Shown one piece after another: positions 13,101 through 25,120 of a DNA stretch of 64,000 nucleotides (position 1 is its first letter; every line of letters starts with the position of its first letter). A program made the translations under genes and the position numbers. The notes under the pieces were generated by a model, which saw only the letters and a list, made by a program, of their open reading frames with translations, was not told the DNA's origin and searched no databases. This stretch comes from Macrostomum lignano (taxonomy: Eukaryota), in contig NIVC01003487.1 of the NCBI GenBank assembly GCA_002269645.1, positions 31,332-95,331 on the forward strand. The letters run 5' to 3'.

Positions 13101-16100
13101 GCAGCTGGTGCCGAGGGGTCAGAGCCGCCTGCTGCAGATCACCAGCGCTGTGCGCAGCCAGGAGGTCGTGCAGGCGCTGCTCACCGCCCTGCAGGTCAAG
13201 GAGCAGGCCTACAAGTTTGCCCTGTATGAGCACTCCATTGAGGGGGACAAGTCGGGTGAGTGGAGACTGGGATTCAGGATTTCTGGACATACATGCGCAA
13301 CCTCCAAAATTCGTTCGGCCGTGCGACTTAGTTTTAACAAAAATGCGACGTAGTTTTTGGCCAAAAATGCGACTTACATGTAAAAAACCCTAAAGCAAAT
13401 TTAACGCAACTTTGGGTAAACGGCAGGAGTAACTATGACTGCCTTATTAAGCCAAAATGCCTCGTCAGCTACTTAGTACTACTTCTTGGTTATTTTTTCG
13501 GGATGGCATTTTTGCGACTTTCTTGGTTGGCTGCCAAATCGGTCGGCCGAATCGGCCGACTCGGCCGACTGTTGCGCATGTATGTTTCTGGATGCTGGGG
13601 ATTCGGGATTTCTGGATGCTGGGGATTCGGGATTTGTGGATGCTAAGGATTCGGGATTTGTGGATGCTGGGGATTCAGGATTCGGGATTTCTGGATGCTG
13701 GGGATTCAGGGTTCGTGATTTGTGGATGATGGGGGATTGGGATTTGTGGATGCTGGGGATTTGGGATTTGTGGATGCTGGGGATTCGGGATTAGTGGATG
13801 TTACATACATGCGCAACTGCTGGCCGAGCTGGCCGATCCGGCCACCGTAAATCATGGCTGACCAGGGGTAAGTCGCAAAATTGAGTCGACCAAAAACAGA
13901 AAAACACAAGAACCAAGAAAGAAAGGCAACAGGAAAGCGAAAAAAAGAGCAGTTCAAGGAAAAATGGTGAAGGAAAAGAAAAACAAGTCGCATAAAAAGC
14001 AAACTAAGTCGCAAAAAGGATCAGGTAAGTCGCAACAGGAGCAACTAAGTCGCAAAAAGGATCAGGTAAGTCGCATAAGAAGCAAACTAAGTCGCAAAAA
14101 GGATCAGGTAGGTCGCAACAGGAGCAACTAAGTCGCAAAAAGGATCAGGTAAGTCGCATAAGAAGCAAACTAAGTCGCAAAAAGGATCAGGTAAGTCGCA
14201 ACAGGAGCAACTAAGTCGCAAAAAGGATCAGGTAAGTCGCATAAGAAGCAAACTAAGTCGCAAAAAGGATCAGGTAAGTCGCATAAGAAGCAAACTAAGT
14301 CGCAAAAAGGATCAGGTAAGTCGCAACAGGAGCAACTAAGTCGCAAAAAGGATCAGGTAAGTCGCATAAGAAGCAAACTAAGTCGCAAAAAGGATCAGGT
14401 AAGTCGCAACAGGAGCAACTAAGTCGCAAAAAGGATCAGGTAAGTCGCAAAAAGGATCAGGTAAGTCGCAAAAGGAGCAACTAAGTTGTAAAAAGGATCA
14501 GGTAAGTTGCAATAAGAGCAGCTATATTTAGAATTCAGTTATGTCGCCGATTTATAAGTTTTTAACTAAGCAAAGCAAGCCAATAACAAGATAGCAATTT
14601 AGCAAAATATTAAGTATATTGTGATTATGTAATGTATCTTATCAGACGTCAATTTCAAACTAAAAGAGTCCACTCTGTAAGATATTTTTTTCTGCTTCGT
14701 TGTCATTTGTAACTCGTTCCTGTCGACCTCCAGGAGCATCAGATCGCCAGTGGCTTTTGAGCCAATCATTTACATATGCATCAGGCTTGAAATTAGCCAA
14801 CGGAGGTCCATTTATACGAATCCGCAGCAAATTCTCCAAAGTTTTAGGCGTGAGGCGTGACCTTCTATCATAGGCTATGTGCTTATAGATTGAAAACCCC
14901 CGTTCAGCCTCTGCAGATGATATAGGCAGTGTTAGGACAACCAGGATCAGTTTTTTTATTTTAGGCAGCCATTCAACTGTCCTTTTTTCCATAAAGTGAC
15001 TCCAAAATTTTACGGGGCCTCTACTGCGGTAGGCACAAAAGTCAAACTTGTGTGAAGTAACCAGGCTGTTTATTAGAATAGAAAACTGCCCAGATATTGT
15101 CCTGATGTTGTCTCTAGAATCTGATTCTGAATCTGAATCAGAGTCTCCTGAGACAGGGCTCTCGTCTTGCATACCAAAGCGTCTAGCCAACGGAATTATT
15201 CTTGAGCTGTAAGTGAAAACTGTATGTAATGTCTCAGCCGTAGGCAATGATTCCGGATTGAGTACATCAAATATTGAATAATCATCCTCAGGAAAATATT
15301 TACGCAGTTGACTGACAATGCTATCAATAATGACAAGCCGGATTTCGCTCAGTGCTGGATACGGTCCTACATCAGTAGCATCAGTACTGCATCCCCGGCG
15401 TCTTAGTCGACTACATGGCTGTTTCAACTCAAACCTTTGTGTTGAATCGTCAGTACCAGCAGGGCACACAAAGTCCGAATGAGATAGGTCATTTGTATGA
15501 CAACGTACACGGTATTCTATATCTGCAGTAGGTCCCACAACTCTGCGGCATCTGCACGAATTTAAGAAATCCATAACTCGAGGACCATTGTTTGTCTTTA
15601 ACATTTCTAAGGAACGGATCAAGTCATTGTGGCGTTTTTGTAATCCTATAAATGTACCTCTGGCACTTTGAAACTGCAAAGATTCAAATTCCAAAAGCTT
15701 TAGAATGTCAGTGAGAAATAGGTGCAAGGAATAATATCGTACATTTTTCAATGTCTTCAGCAATCCGGAGGCAGTAGCTTTACTTTCATCATCAAAATCT
15801 GATGAAGTTGAGATGATATTTTCTAGATTTGTGAGAAGAAGGTAGTATGACTTCCTAATTACATCCAGGGCGGACACTTCTGATGCAACCCATCTTATGC
15901 GATAGATTCTTTTAAGTTCATAAAAAACTTTGTCCAATGCTTCTGAAGTTTCAAGTAATGAAGCTTTGCGCTTTGTAGCATGTCGCATGTAAAATTTGTA
16001 TAGAGAATTTATGCTTGTATCAAGGTGCTGCATATATGGGAAGTTTTCAAAAGCATGATAAATTGAAAGTTCCAACTTATGGGCTGCACAGTGATGCTGG

Positions 16101-19100
16101 AAGAAATTGTTCTTAGCCCAAGGCCTGAGTCTGCTCACCAATCCTGCTCGATTTCCTGTCATGACTGCTGCACCATCAGTTGTCACACCCCATAGTCTTT
16201 CTTTGATACCTTCCAGAATATTGTCTTCAGTGAACATACCAATAAGCATTTCATAAATTCTTTGTCCTGTTTCTACTTGAGCAAGGCGTTTGAACCGATA
16301 GAAAAACATCATAGGGTTGCTGTTTTCAAGAATTCTGAAGTAGATCATCAAATAACTATTAGAATGGATGTCAGATGTTGTGTCTAATACAATTGAAATT
16401 GGAAGATCTTTAGAATTTTTTATATACTTCAGTAGCGTTTTATGCATGGTCATACTGATTGATTCAGCCATTGCAGTAGCACTTTTACGATGCCTGTGAT
16501 GACTGCCCATATCCAAGCCATTCTTTATTTGTAAATCAACCATCAGATTATGTGCACTAAATGGAACATTGGCTTTTACTTCAGCATATACAGTCGTTAA
16601 AACCCTGGCAGTTATTTCATCTCTTTTGGTTTGTGCTAGTTTAGCCGCCCTATTCATCTCGTTAATTTGCCTTGCAAGTATGGAGTGGTGTTTCTCTTTC
16701 ATCCAATTGATGGCTTCAGAGTGAAATAAACTTAATGAATGTCTTTGTAGTTTTCTTCGTACACTATCCTTTGCATGTCCATTTGGAACATAACCTGATT
16801 CGGTCACAAATGTCATGCCACGTTTACTTGCTTCATTTGCTGCTGAGGGAAGTGCATTGGCATACTGTTGACAGATTCGGCACTGTATTCCAGATCGCGA
16901 TAGATCATCGGTATTTTGAGTGTATTGAAACCATGTCTTCATTTCATTGGTTACAAATTTCCTCGAAAAGTACCTAAAATAAATTATTTAGATTAGAGGC
17001 AGGCAGTAGATTTAGTAGTAATAGACTAAAAAGGCATTTAATTAAAAGAGAAAAATAAATGCATTAATTTTTCTTACGCTGACTGATGTGTTTCCAAGGA
17101 ATCCAGCCACTGCTCTTGAAAACTAGATGTATCTTCCCAATCCTTTCTTAGGACTTGTTCGGTTCTTGCTTCTCCTGTCCCTGATGGTCCTGATCCTAAT
17201 GCTGATGTTGCTAAACATGCATCTGCAATTGTACTTATGCATGGCCTTTTTCTTTCGGAAGGTCCTGCAATTACAGAGTCACTAATTTGAATATCAACGT
17301 CTGGATCACACGAATTGGACGCATCAGCATCTATATCAACAGCTGAAGGCAAAGGCCTACGTCCATGACAACAAGATCGCTTTAAGGATTGCCTTTGAAC
17401 ATTTATTTGCCTAACAATTTCTACTTCTAGATCAATTGTTTGCTGGTCACTTTCCAGCACCTTATCCACTTCCTGCTCTTGTAGACTTCCAGCTGAGCAA
17501 AAGGCACTTTGTTCCGCATGCCCTGCTGTTTGCGCAGTTTGAACAGCTTGATCTCGATTGGCTGCTATTTCCTGTGAATATTCTATAGCCTTTGCCAGTT
17601 CGTTACGATGTGAGCTTGCTGAGCATGCAGATGGGGGTGGCCTTTCACTTCGTGATGGTGAGCTAGGAGAACTTGTTGGTGAATTAACGATAGTTCCAAT
17701 ATTCTCCTCAAAAATCCAATGTGCGCCTGAGCAGTCATTTTCTTTACCTGGAGTCAATTTGCCAAGTTTCCACCTTGTAAAAAGCAAAGGCTTTTGTACT
17801 TCACTGTTGGATGTAGGACACCGGTTTATGGAATAGTCTTCATGGCCAACTTCATCCCATTCTCTTGCTGGATTTAGGATGTAGTTAGGCTTATCTCTTA
17901 AGGTTGAGTAAATTGATTCAAAAAATGTGCACCTGTTATTGTGTGTACTTCGAGCATATATTATCATGTCATGTACATTACGCCTTATTATTTCAGCCAA
18001 GGAATCGTCAATTGTAAGCTTGTCTAAAAAAATAGGCCTTCTTTGGGTTAAATGCATCTTAGCTAGCCGCAGTTTTCCAATGCTACCTCTTGAACTAGCA
18101 TCATCAGTTCTAGAATAGTCTCTTTGATGCAAGAGGATGATGGCCATTGCACTTTTACCATTTCCATTTTTTAATGCATTTGGATCAGTTGGCAGTGTCC
18201 TACTAGCAGACTTGAAGAAACTAGCAATAGACAACTGTGATGATCCTGCAGAGGCAGGAGCTGTTCTTGGTAGCCCATGTCCAGCTTTTCCTTGGTATCC
18301 AATAGAGGAGTCAGTGAAAAACATATCTGCTGTTCCCAGTTTTTCCTTTGATGCTATTACAAACAAACTATTTCTCTCTTTGAAGCTAGTTCGATAGAAG
18401 TCAGCAGAAAATGTTATCACTGGCTTTCTAACATCACCACTATATTCTTGGACACCAATCAAAAGAAAATCACGCAGTCGTACAGATTCTAAAGTTGAGG
18501 CAGTAGCACTACTTGGACAAACTTTTTTTAACTCTATGAACTCTGCATATTCCTGCGATCCAATATTTGGTTCATCTGTATTAAGCTCATTAATGACAAT
18601 GGAGCACTCTTGAGCTAGGCAGTTATTAAAAAGTAATATGAGCATCATGCTATGCAGAACACTCAAACAATGAGTGCAAGGCATGATCCTTTCTTTGTCT
18701 TTCATTCAAAGACGAAATTTCTGGCTACAATGTTAAGGAATTTTTTTGTTAGGGATAGCTGTGATCAAATAGTAATGATACAACTGGTATAAAATGAAAA
18801 TAAACTCAATAACATATTTTTTGGGAACTTACCTTTGACGTGTAATTACTAACTGAATATAATAGTAACACCAAGGATTCCACAAAGGCTACTGGATTGA
18901 AGTTAAGTTTAAAGGGCTAAAAGTCGAAGGTTAAATAAAATGAGATAACCTGTAAAGCAAGAGAAAGATATTCTTTTTATGGGCAAAGCAAAGTCAGCGC
19001 GGCAAAGGTAGCATGGGCAAAGGTAGAGTGAAGTAAAAGAAAATGCCAAAGAGCTAAATATGTACAAGAAAAGGTCAACCAACTATGCTAGTTGGATTTT

Positions 19101-20722
19101 TATATGATAAGATTAAGAACAAAAAGAGCCTTGGAAATGGTAAGGACAGCGGCTGCACATGTATGCTAATGGTAGCTGGTGCTTGGTAGCACAAGGAGTA
19201 TGTTGACATTTGGAAATTTAGCACAGGGGAATGAAGTATTCAACACTAGCACTATTGTACTTAGGATGGCTATGTTCAAGTTTAGTATATTTGGACTATA
19301 CATTTTAGGATTTTATTTTTTCCGAAAGGGTAAGTTTGACAAGTGTACTGTTTGTATGTACTTTTATATATTCCTTTCGATAAGGACAACATGCTACATG
19401 TATTACCACATTCATTTTTCACTCATTTCTATAGCAAACTATTCATGCATACAAAAACTATTTATATGTAGATTGTAGACATTGTTTGTTTATGGCCCAT
19501 GCATCAATGCTGTGCAGCAATATAGCATTGTTGCACTGAAAAAAAGTTATATACTATTACTCTAAAATAATCTCTAAAATGATGTTAAAATGTCCAGTTT
19601 CCTAAAAAATAGCAATAGAGGCCTGCATGAATGCACAGCAAGCTTGCCAGTGAGTAAAAACCTCCGTAACTCTGTTGGCCTTCTTTAAGTCCCATAAAAA
19701 AGGCGTAGCGCAAAGGGTAGTCGGGTGAAAATAAATTTAATGGAACAATATGACACTTTAGTTCATAACTTCATACCATAGACATAAGTATATATATAAT
19801 TATAGACACTCATATTATTAGCATTGCTATACTCCCAGCCATGCTTGAGTGCCTCATTAATGCATAGTTTAGCAATACTCGTTAGTCGTTATAATGGATG
19901 TATAAAAACAAACAAGTAAATTTTAGAAATTCAGTTTTTCAACATTCGTGATTCGTAATATCTTGTTTTGCAAAATGTTTTGTAATGTTTTATAATGTCT
20001 TGTTTTGTAATATTTCGTGAAAACATTGAAACTTAACTTGAAGACAAGCTATATATTTTCTAGAAAAAGCTTCTACTAACGAAAAAACTAAGTCGCAAAA
20101 CTAAGTCGCATTTTTGGTCAAAACTAAGTCGCACGGCCAGCGTAATTTCAGAGGTTGCGCATGTATGGGATGTTAGGGATTCAGGATTGGAGGTGCTGGA
20201 TAGAGTGCTTTAAGTTTTAAATTATTTAATACTTTACTTCGAAGTATATTCACTATTCGAATGGGTTCATCATTCTGAGCCCTTAGTGTTCACGACGGTT
20301 GACCTGTCAAACCTTTCCATTATTATCTTCGAATCAAAGGCCAATTGTACTCGTATGATTTTCGTGTGTTCACGAGTTCTGGTCCCGCGCCACCCCTTCA
20401 CAGTGACCTTCCGTCGGCTGCACCCCACCGAGAGCCCGCTGGCCCTGGTGCTGTCCTGGCTGCACGGCACCTCAGCGGTAGCGGACGGCTCCTCCGAAGA
20501 CGATGGCAGCTCCGTGTTCGAAAGAAAGAAAATCGTGCTGCAGGAGAACGACTCGGGCCTGGTTAATGTGAGTTCTGGGCACCGCCTGTGCATTGCGGCT
20601 GCAATAAGACAGACAGACAGCCAGGCAGACAGACAGACAGACAGACAGACAGCCAGGCAGACAGACAGGCAGACAGACAGACCAGCAGACAGACAGACAG
20701 ACAGTCAGACAGCCAGCCAGGC

Positions 20723-20763
<41 letters not shown>

Positions 20764-20877
20764 GGCAGGTAGGCAGGCAGGCAGGCAGACAGCCAGGCAG
20801 ACAGCCAGGCAGACAAACAGACAGACAGGCAGGCAGGCAGACAGCCAGGCAGACAAACAGGCAGGCAGACAGCCAGG

Positions 20878-20908
<31 letters not shown>

Positions 20909-21029
20909 CCAGGCAGACAGACAGACAGACAGACAGGCAGGCAGGCAGACAGACAGACAGACAGACAGGCAGACAGGCAGGCAGGCAGGGAGACAGCCAG
21001 GCAGACAAACAGACAGGCAGACAGCCAGG

Positions 21030-21060
<31 letters not shown>

Positions 21061-21118
21061 CCAGACAGACAGACAGACAGGCAGGCAGACAGACAGACAG
21101 ACAGACAGACAGCCAGGC

Positions 21119-21171
<53 letters not shown>

Positions 21172-21269
21172 GGCAGGCAGACAGCCAGGCAGACAAACAG
21201 ACAGACAGGCAGGCAGGCAGACAGCCAGGCAGACAAACAGGCAGGCAGACAGCCAGGCAGACAGCCAGG

Positions 21270-21304
<35 letters not shown>

Positions 21305-21467
21305 GCAGACAGACAGACAGACAGACAGACACAGACAGGCAGACAGAGAGACAGGCAGACAGAGAGACAGACAGACAGGCAGGCAGGCAGACAGCCAGGC
21401 AGACAAACAGACAGACAGGCAGGCAGGCAGACAGCGAGGCAGACAAACAGGCAGGCAGACAGCCAGG

Positions 21468-21524
<57 letters not shown>

Positions 21525-21738
21525 CAGCAGACGCAGCCGGCAGCCCCCCCCCCCCAATCCGCAGTGGTCGGCCTTCTCCGTGCCAGAGCTCAGCAACTTC
21601 CTGCACATCCTGCAGCGGGAGGAGTCAGAGTACCGCGAGTCCATCCAGCTCAAGTACCTGCTTGTGAAGCGGGAGATGCGGCGCCGCCTGAGGCAGCTGG
21701 ACAAGCAGAAGCAGGCGCTGGAGGAGGACTGGCCGTAG
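4178..21738 (+). CDS. RASSF: RASSF1/5-like protein (low-complexity N-terminus, RA domain, SARAH domain), ~819 aa; exons 4178-4399, 4997-5693, 7975-8174, 12026-12553, 12781-13255, 20404-20567, 21565-21738
   Basis: RA-like FSGRVRVHVNLIRP...VRSQEVVQALL...YKFALYE. KKIVLQENDSGLVN|WSAFSVPELSNFLHILQREE closely parallels RASSF1 ENDSGEVNWDAFSMPELHNFLRILQREE. All introns are GT-AG with matching phases (total 2460 nt). The last four exons are secure; linkage of the first three and the 12026 acceptor are less so. Confidence 0.85.
5870..6336. repeat. 20-bp minisatellite (agagactcgttcccctcctc)
   Basis: Period of 20 directly visible; intronic. Confidence 0.95.
7252..7750. repeat. 20-bp minisatellite (gtttagttcagtttagatga)
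   Basis: Period of 20; intronic. Confidence 0.95.
9232..9545. repeat. 51-bp tandem repeat (ctctatcccttctcactccctactccttagctct...), ~6 copies
   Basis: Direct repeats visible. Confidence 0.9.
10215..12010. repeat. 27-bp satellite (atagggatcagaatcctatggtttcca), ~66 copies
   Basis: The 9-aa periodic translation (NRDQNPMVS / HRILIPIGN) confirms the 27-bp unit. Confidence 0.97.
12560..12770. repeat. GTCT-based intronic microsatellite/minisatellite
   Basis: Fills the 227-bp intron 12554-12780. Confidence 0.85.
13288..13584. mobile_element. 297-bp hAT-type MITE, cognate to the adjacent 6.36-kb element
   Basis: TIR CATACATGCGCAAC at both ends; 8-bp TSD TTTCTGGA (13280-13287 and 13585-13592); internal TGCGACTT motifs. 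Confidence 0.92.
13590..13800. repeat. ~24-bp minisatellite (ggatgctggggattcgggatttgt) into which both hAT elements inserted
   Basis: Related sequence flanks both elements (13268-13287 and 20168-20190). Confidence 0.85.
13984..14510. repeat. Subterminal ~20-22-bp tandem array built on the AAGTCGCA motif, inside the hAT element
   Basis: Alternating aagtcgcaaaaaggatcaggt / aagtcgcaacaggagcaact units; the same motif occurs at least 3 times at the other end (20089-20133). Confidence 0.9.
14660..18705 (-). CDS. Two-exon ~1313-aa protein: signal-peptide-like N-terminus, LTD-like domain, linker, ZNF862/C17orf113-type hAT transposase; exons 18705-17078 and 16973-14660
   Basis: GT-AG intron 17077-16974 (GC|gtaagaa...attttag|G) joins the ORFs in frame (HQSA-YFSRKFVTNEMKTW; 3942 nt). 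hAT motifs: SIVLDTTSD, TTDGA, HCAAH, RWVAS, SSAEAERGFS, DRRSRL. N-terminal IVINELNTD...EFIEL and C-terminal LTPGKENDC in exon 1. Confidence 0.88.
20587..21530. repeat. (ACAG/GCAG)n microsatellite filling RASSF intron 6
   Basis: Direct; it generates several spurious ORFs. Confidence 0.97.
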
Positions 21739-22336
21739 GCGGCCGTTGCAAGCAGCAGCTGATTCAGCAATTTCCTGTGTAAAAATGCGCATCTCCCTCA
21801 GCCTCTACTCGGCATCGTCCGAAACTCTTTCAAAGAGCTCGCATGCTGTTTCCAGTTCTCAACTTCCACACGCCTCATCTGAGTACTTTTATTTAATTGC
21901 GGCTGCCTGCAACAGGTGAGCGGATATTGGCTGCCCAGCCGCCATTTTGATTGGCTGCTCAATGCTGACGGTTTCTGTATGAACTGAATGAACTTGTATT
22001 TAAAAAATTATAAATCGTAGCCTATGTACGCCACTGTGACTACTTACTGAAAGTAGCTTAAAACAAAATATTTTTGTGTCTGCTAAATTAAAAGAATCTT
22101 TTTTTCTGCCGTTCGCCCCTGCAACCGGTTTCTGCTAATTAAGTTCTTCTGTGTGCTAAAAATTTAACGTTATAACTTAAGAAATATATTGCCCACCGGT
22201 TGAGTACTTCGGAATTGGATAGCTCAAATCACTGCATCCTCTTGCTTGCATTTCTCGTTACTCAGTAATACTACTTGTAAATGTAAGTAGTATCAGGATT
22301 TTTAACCGATCAGGTTCCGCCTACGATGATAGGTAG

Positions 22337-22341
22337 ATACC

Positions 22342-22378
<37 letters not shown>

Positions 22379-22379
22379 G

Positions 22380-22424
<45 letters not shown>

Positions 22425-22425
22425 G
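22337..22425. repeat. (TAGA)n microsatellite
   Basis: Direct. Confidence 0.95.
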
Positions 22426-22587
22426 CATGTAGCTAGACAGACAGTTAAGACATACATTCGGTATGCAGATAGATAGATTAGGTGCATGTATGTCCTAGGG
22501 CTTACTTTTGTCTTAATAAAATAATCCTACTAATGCCACCAAAGTTGTCCTCTGGGTTTTGGCTCTCTCTTTGTCTGAGTCTGGGTA

Positions 22588-22705
22588 GCGTTCTTAGTAA
22601 TGTTCTGGTAGCGTTCTTAATAATGTTCTGGTAGCGTTCTTAGTAATGTTCTGGTAGCGTTCTTAGTAATGTTCTGGTAGCGTTCTTATAAATTTTCCGG
22701 TAGCG
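22588..22705. repeat. 23-bp tandem repeat (tagcgttcttagtaatgttctgg), ~5 copies
   Basis: Direct. Confidence 0.85.
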
Positions 22706-23105
22706 CTTTAGTAAACTTGGCCTGAGCGGTCTTACTGGTATGCATGTATGTACTATTCTCCAGTCTGGGCGTTACCGAGATTAGAGGGTCACGGCGCTTA
22801 CTCTAAACGTGTACTTCTAATGCATGTACTCCATTGGTCTATACTCCTGATCACCTCGGCGAGTTTCTCCGAATACTTTACTGCAAAATGATTGATAAAT
22901 CTGAGAACGATCTTTATAGCGAACACGTTTTGAAGCCTATAGTAAGCGAACGAATTATCCTTTCTTCCCATAAATTCGCTCCTTATACTAAATCACAAAG
23001 ATTATAACAAAAGAATATCAATTTCGCGCTAATTTTAAAGCAACATTTTCTAGAAATACCGTTCAGTAACGCTATTACATGCACATGTAGGTACATGCGT
23101 ATATA

Positions 23106-24384
23106 TTAGGGTGAGCCAAAAGTTTCCGGAATTTTTAGAATCGAACTTTTAGTTAATTTTTGTCTATGGAAAAGCTTAAAAGCAGCAACCATCTACTATG
23201 CTGTTGGCCAGCCTTATCATCACTCTTTAGCTTAACATTGCTCAGTTTCCCGACCCTGCCTACTTAAGCCAGCAAACGCATCCAATGGAACTGCCAAGAA
23301 CTGAATGGCGAGCATGCAATTCTGCTCAACCACTTTCATGCGGGACGCAACGCAGCAGAGGCACATCGCGAGTTGTTGCAGCTGATGGACCCACATGCAC
23401 CCTCCAAGTCGTCGGTATACGACTGGTTCTCTCGCTTTGCTGAGGAGAACTATGAGCTGAAGGACAAGCCGAGGTCAGGCCGACCCCCTGCTGCTGATGG
23501 CGATGCCGTTCTCCAAGCCCTTGAGGACAATCCGGACTACAGCGTGCGCAAGCTGTCAGCCGCTACTGGGGTGTCCTATGGCACGGTCCGGCGAAGCCTA
23601 TGCAGACAATTAAGGTGCCGAAGAAGCTAACTCTGATGCTCCATGAGCTGACACCCCAGCAGTTGAGAGCCAGGGTGGATGTGGCAACTTCGAATCTTCG
23701 CCAGGCCGGTTCGCCAAACTTTCTCAAGTCGATAATCGCTCAAGACGAGAAGTGGGTCTGCTATGAGAACCCAAGCACATCAGCCGTCTGTGTCGATGCT
23801 TCTGAAGAACTACCCAGCTGCCCAATGCGGAACCCCCACTGCGGCAAGGAGCTGCTCTCTTTCTGGTTCTGCTCGTCTGGCCCTGTTTTCTGGGAGGTCA
23901 TCCCGCATGGCATGGCTGTGAACGCGGAGGTGATCTGCAGCGAACTGGAGCAGGTCGCCCGTTTGCTGCGATCCGTGTGCCCGGGACACTGCGACAAGGT
24001 GCTCCTCTTCGACAATGCGCGGCCTCACAAAGCAAGACTCACCCAGGCCAAGCTGGCAAGCCTGGGCTTCAGTGTTTTGCCCCACCCACCATACTCGCCA
24101 GACCTCTCGCCATGTGACTACCATGTGTTCAGGTCTCTCCAGAGCTTTTGTGATGGACAGCGGTTCGCCAACAAGCAACATGTGGAGCAGGCAGTGCAGA
24201 AATGGATTGATTCAAAGCCTGCGAGCTTCTGGAGGGAGGGGATTGAGGCATTGCCAGCAAGATGGGAGAGGGTCAGGGCCTTGAATGGCAACTACATCAC
24301 ATCGCTGTAAACTGTTTGTTCTTGACACTATATTTGTTATAGTTTTAAAATGTTCAAATTCCGGAAACTTTTGGCTCACCCTAA
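23106..24384 (+). mobile_element. Mariner (DD34D) transposon, 1279 bp
   Basis: TIRs ttagggtgagccaaaagtttccggaattt / aaattccggaaacttttggctcaccctaa; TA TSD on both sides. Confidence 0.95.
23285..24310 (+). pseudogene. Mariner transposase with two frameshifts (~23312 and ~23600-23615)
   Basis: HTH region (SVYDWFSRF...DKPRSGRP); IIAQDEKW, LFDNARPH, YSPDLSPCDYHVF, with 34 residues between D2 and D3. Confidence 0.9.
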
Positions 24385-25009
24385 TAGTTAGATAGAATAA
24401 GTTAAGGTAAATAACTTTTTAGTGATGAGGACGCATTTTTTTCAATCTTAAAACCGCACAATTTGCTCCGATGCGCTTTTTCCCCTACTGTCAGTAGGCT
24501 AGCTTAGTACTTTCTCTCTATTCTCTGATCTAGGCTGGGTTCTATATTAATTTATGACATTATTATTAATTCTTTTAGATACTCAATGTACTTCCCTTAG
24601 GATTCTATTTTTGGGTTGTTTACGCATCTTTGAAGGTCAGGCTGTCTGGGTCTGAGACGGGTTGACCTTTAACAGTCTAGACAGGCGACACTAAGTCTGG
24701 GAGGAATGTTTTTAATATCCTTCTGGCCCCCTGATTTGTGACTTTTTCACTATTTTTAGTTATTTATGACGGTCTAGCTGTCATGTTTGGCTCCAGCCTG
24801 TCTGGGTCAAAGAGGTCTTTCCAGCAATTTCTCCCCACTCGCTCTGTTACCTTCTCCTTTGATTTATGGGCGTTTTGCAGTCACTTTTGGCTCCAGGATG
24901 TCTAGACAAGTGACTTTTATTTTGCTTTGCACGTGATTTATGACCGCACCTGTCAACTTCCCTGGGGTCTGAAGGCCACCTGGTTGGGGTGGGTTTTGGG
25001 GTCTTGAGC

Positions 25010-25120
25010 TCAGCCAATCAGAGACGACCTGACTGCCCCTGCTCGTCCAATCAGAAAATTCGGCGCCTATTTTAACAAAAGCTCTCAGCCAATCAGAAAA
25101 TTCGGCGCGCGTTATAACAA
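25010..25120 (+). promoter_or_regulatory. Cluster of three CCAATCAG boxes followed by a TATA-like ttataa
   Basis: ccaatcag at ~25015, ~25046 and ~25089; the last two share the direct repeat ccaatcagaaaattcggcgc. No downstream gene identified. Confidence 0.35.

Larger units (their letters stand above)
13804..20167 (-). mobile_element. Full-length 6364-bp hAT DNA transposon in RASSF intron 5
   Basis: Perfect 14-bp TIRs CATACATGCGCAAC; 8-bp TSD GGATGTTA (13796-13803 and 20168-20175); encodes an intact hAT transposase. Confidence 0.95.

Noticed and set aside
20286-21782. Several 230-500-aa ORFs (RQTD/SVCL repeats)
   Set aside because: Translations of the (ACAG)n microsatellite.
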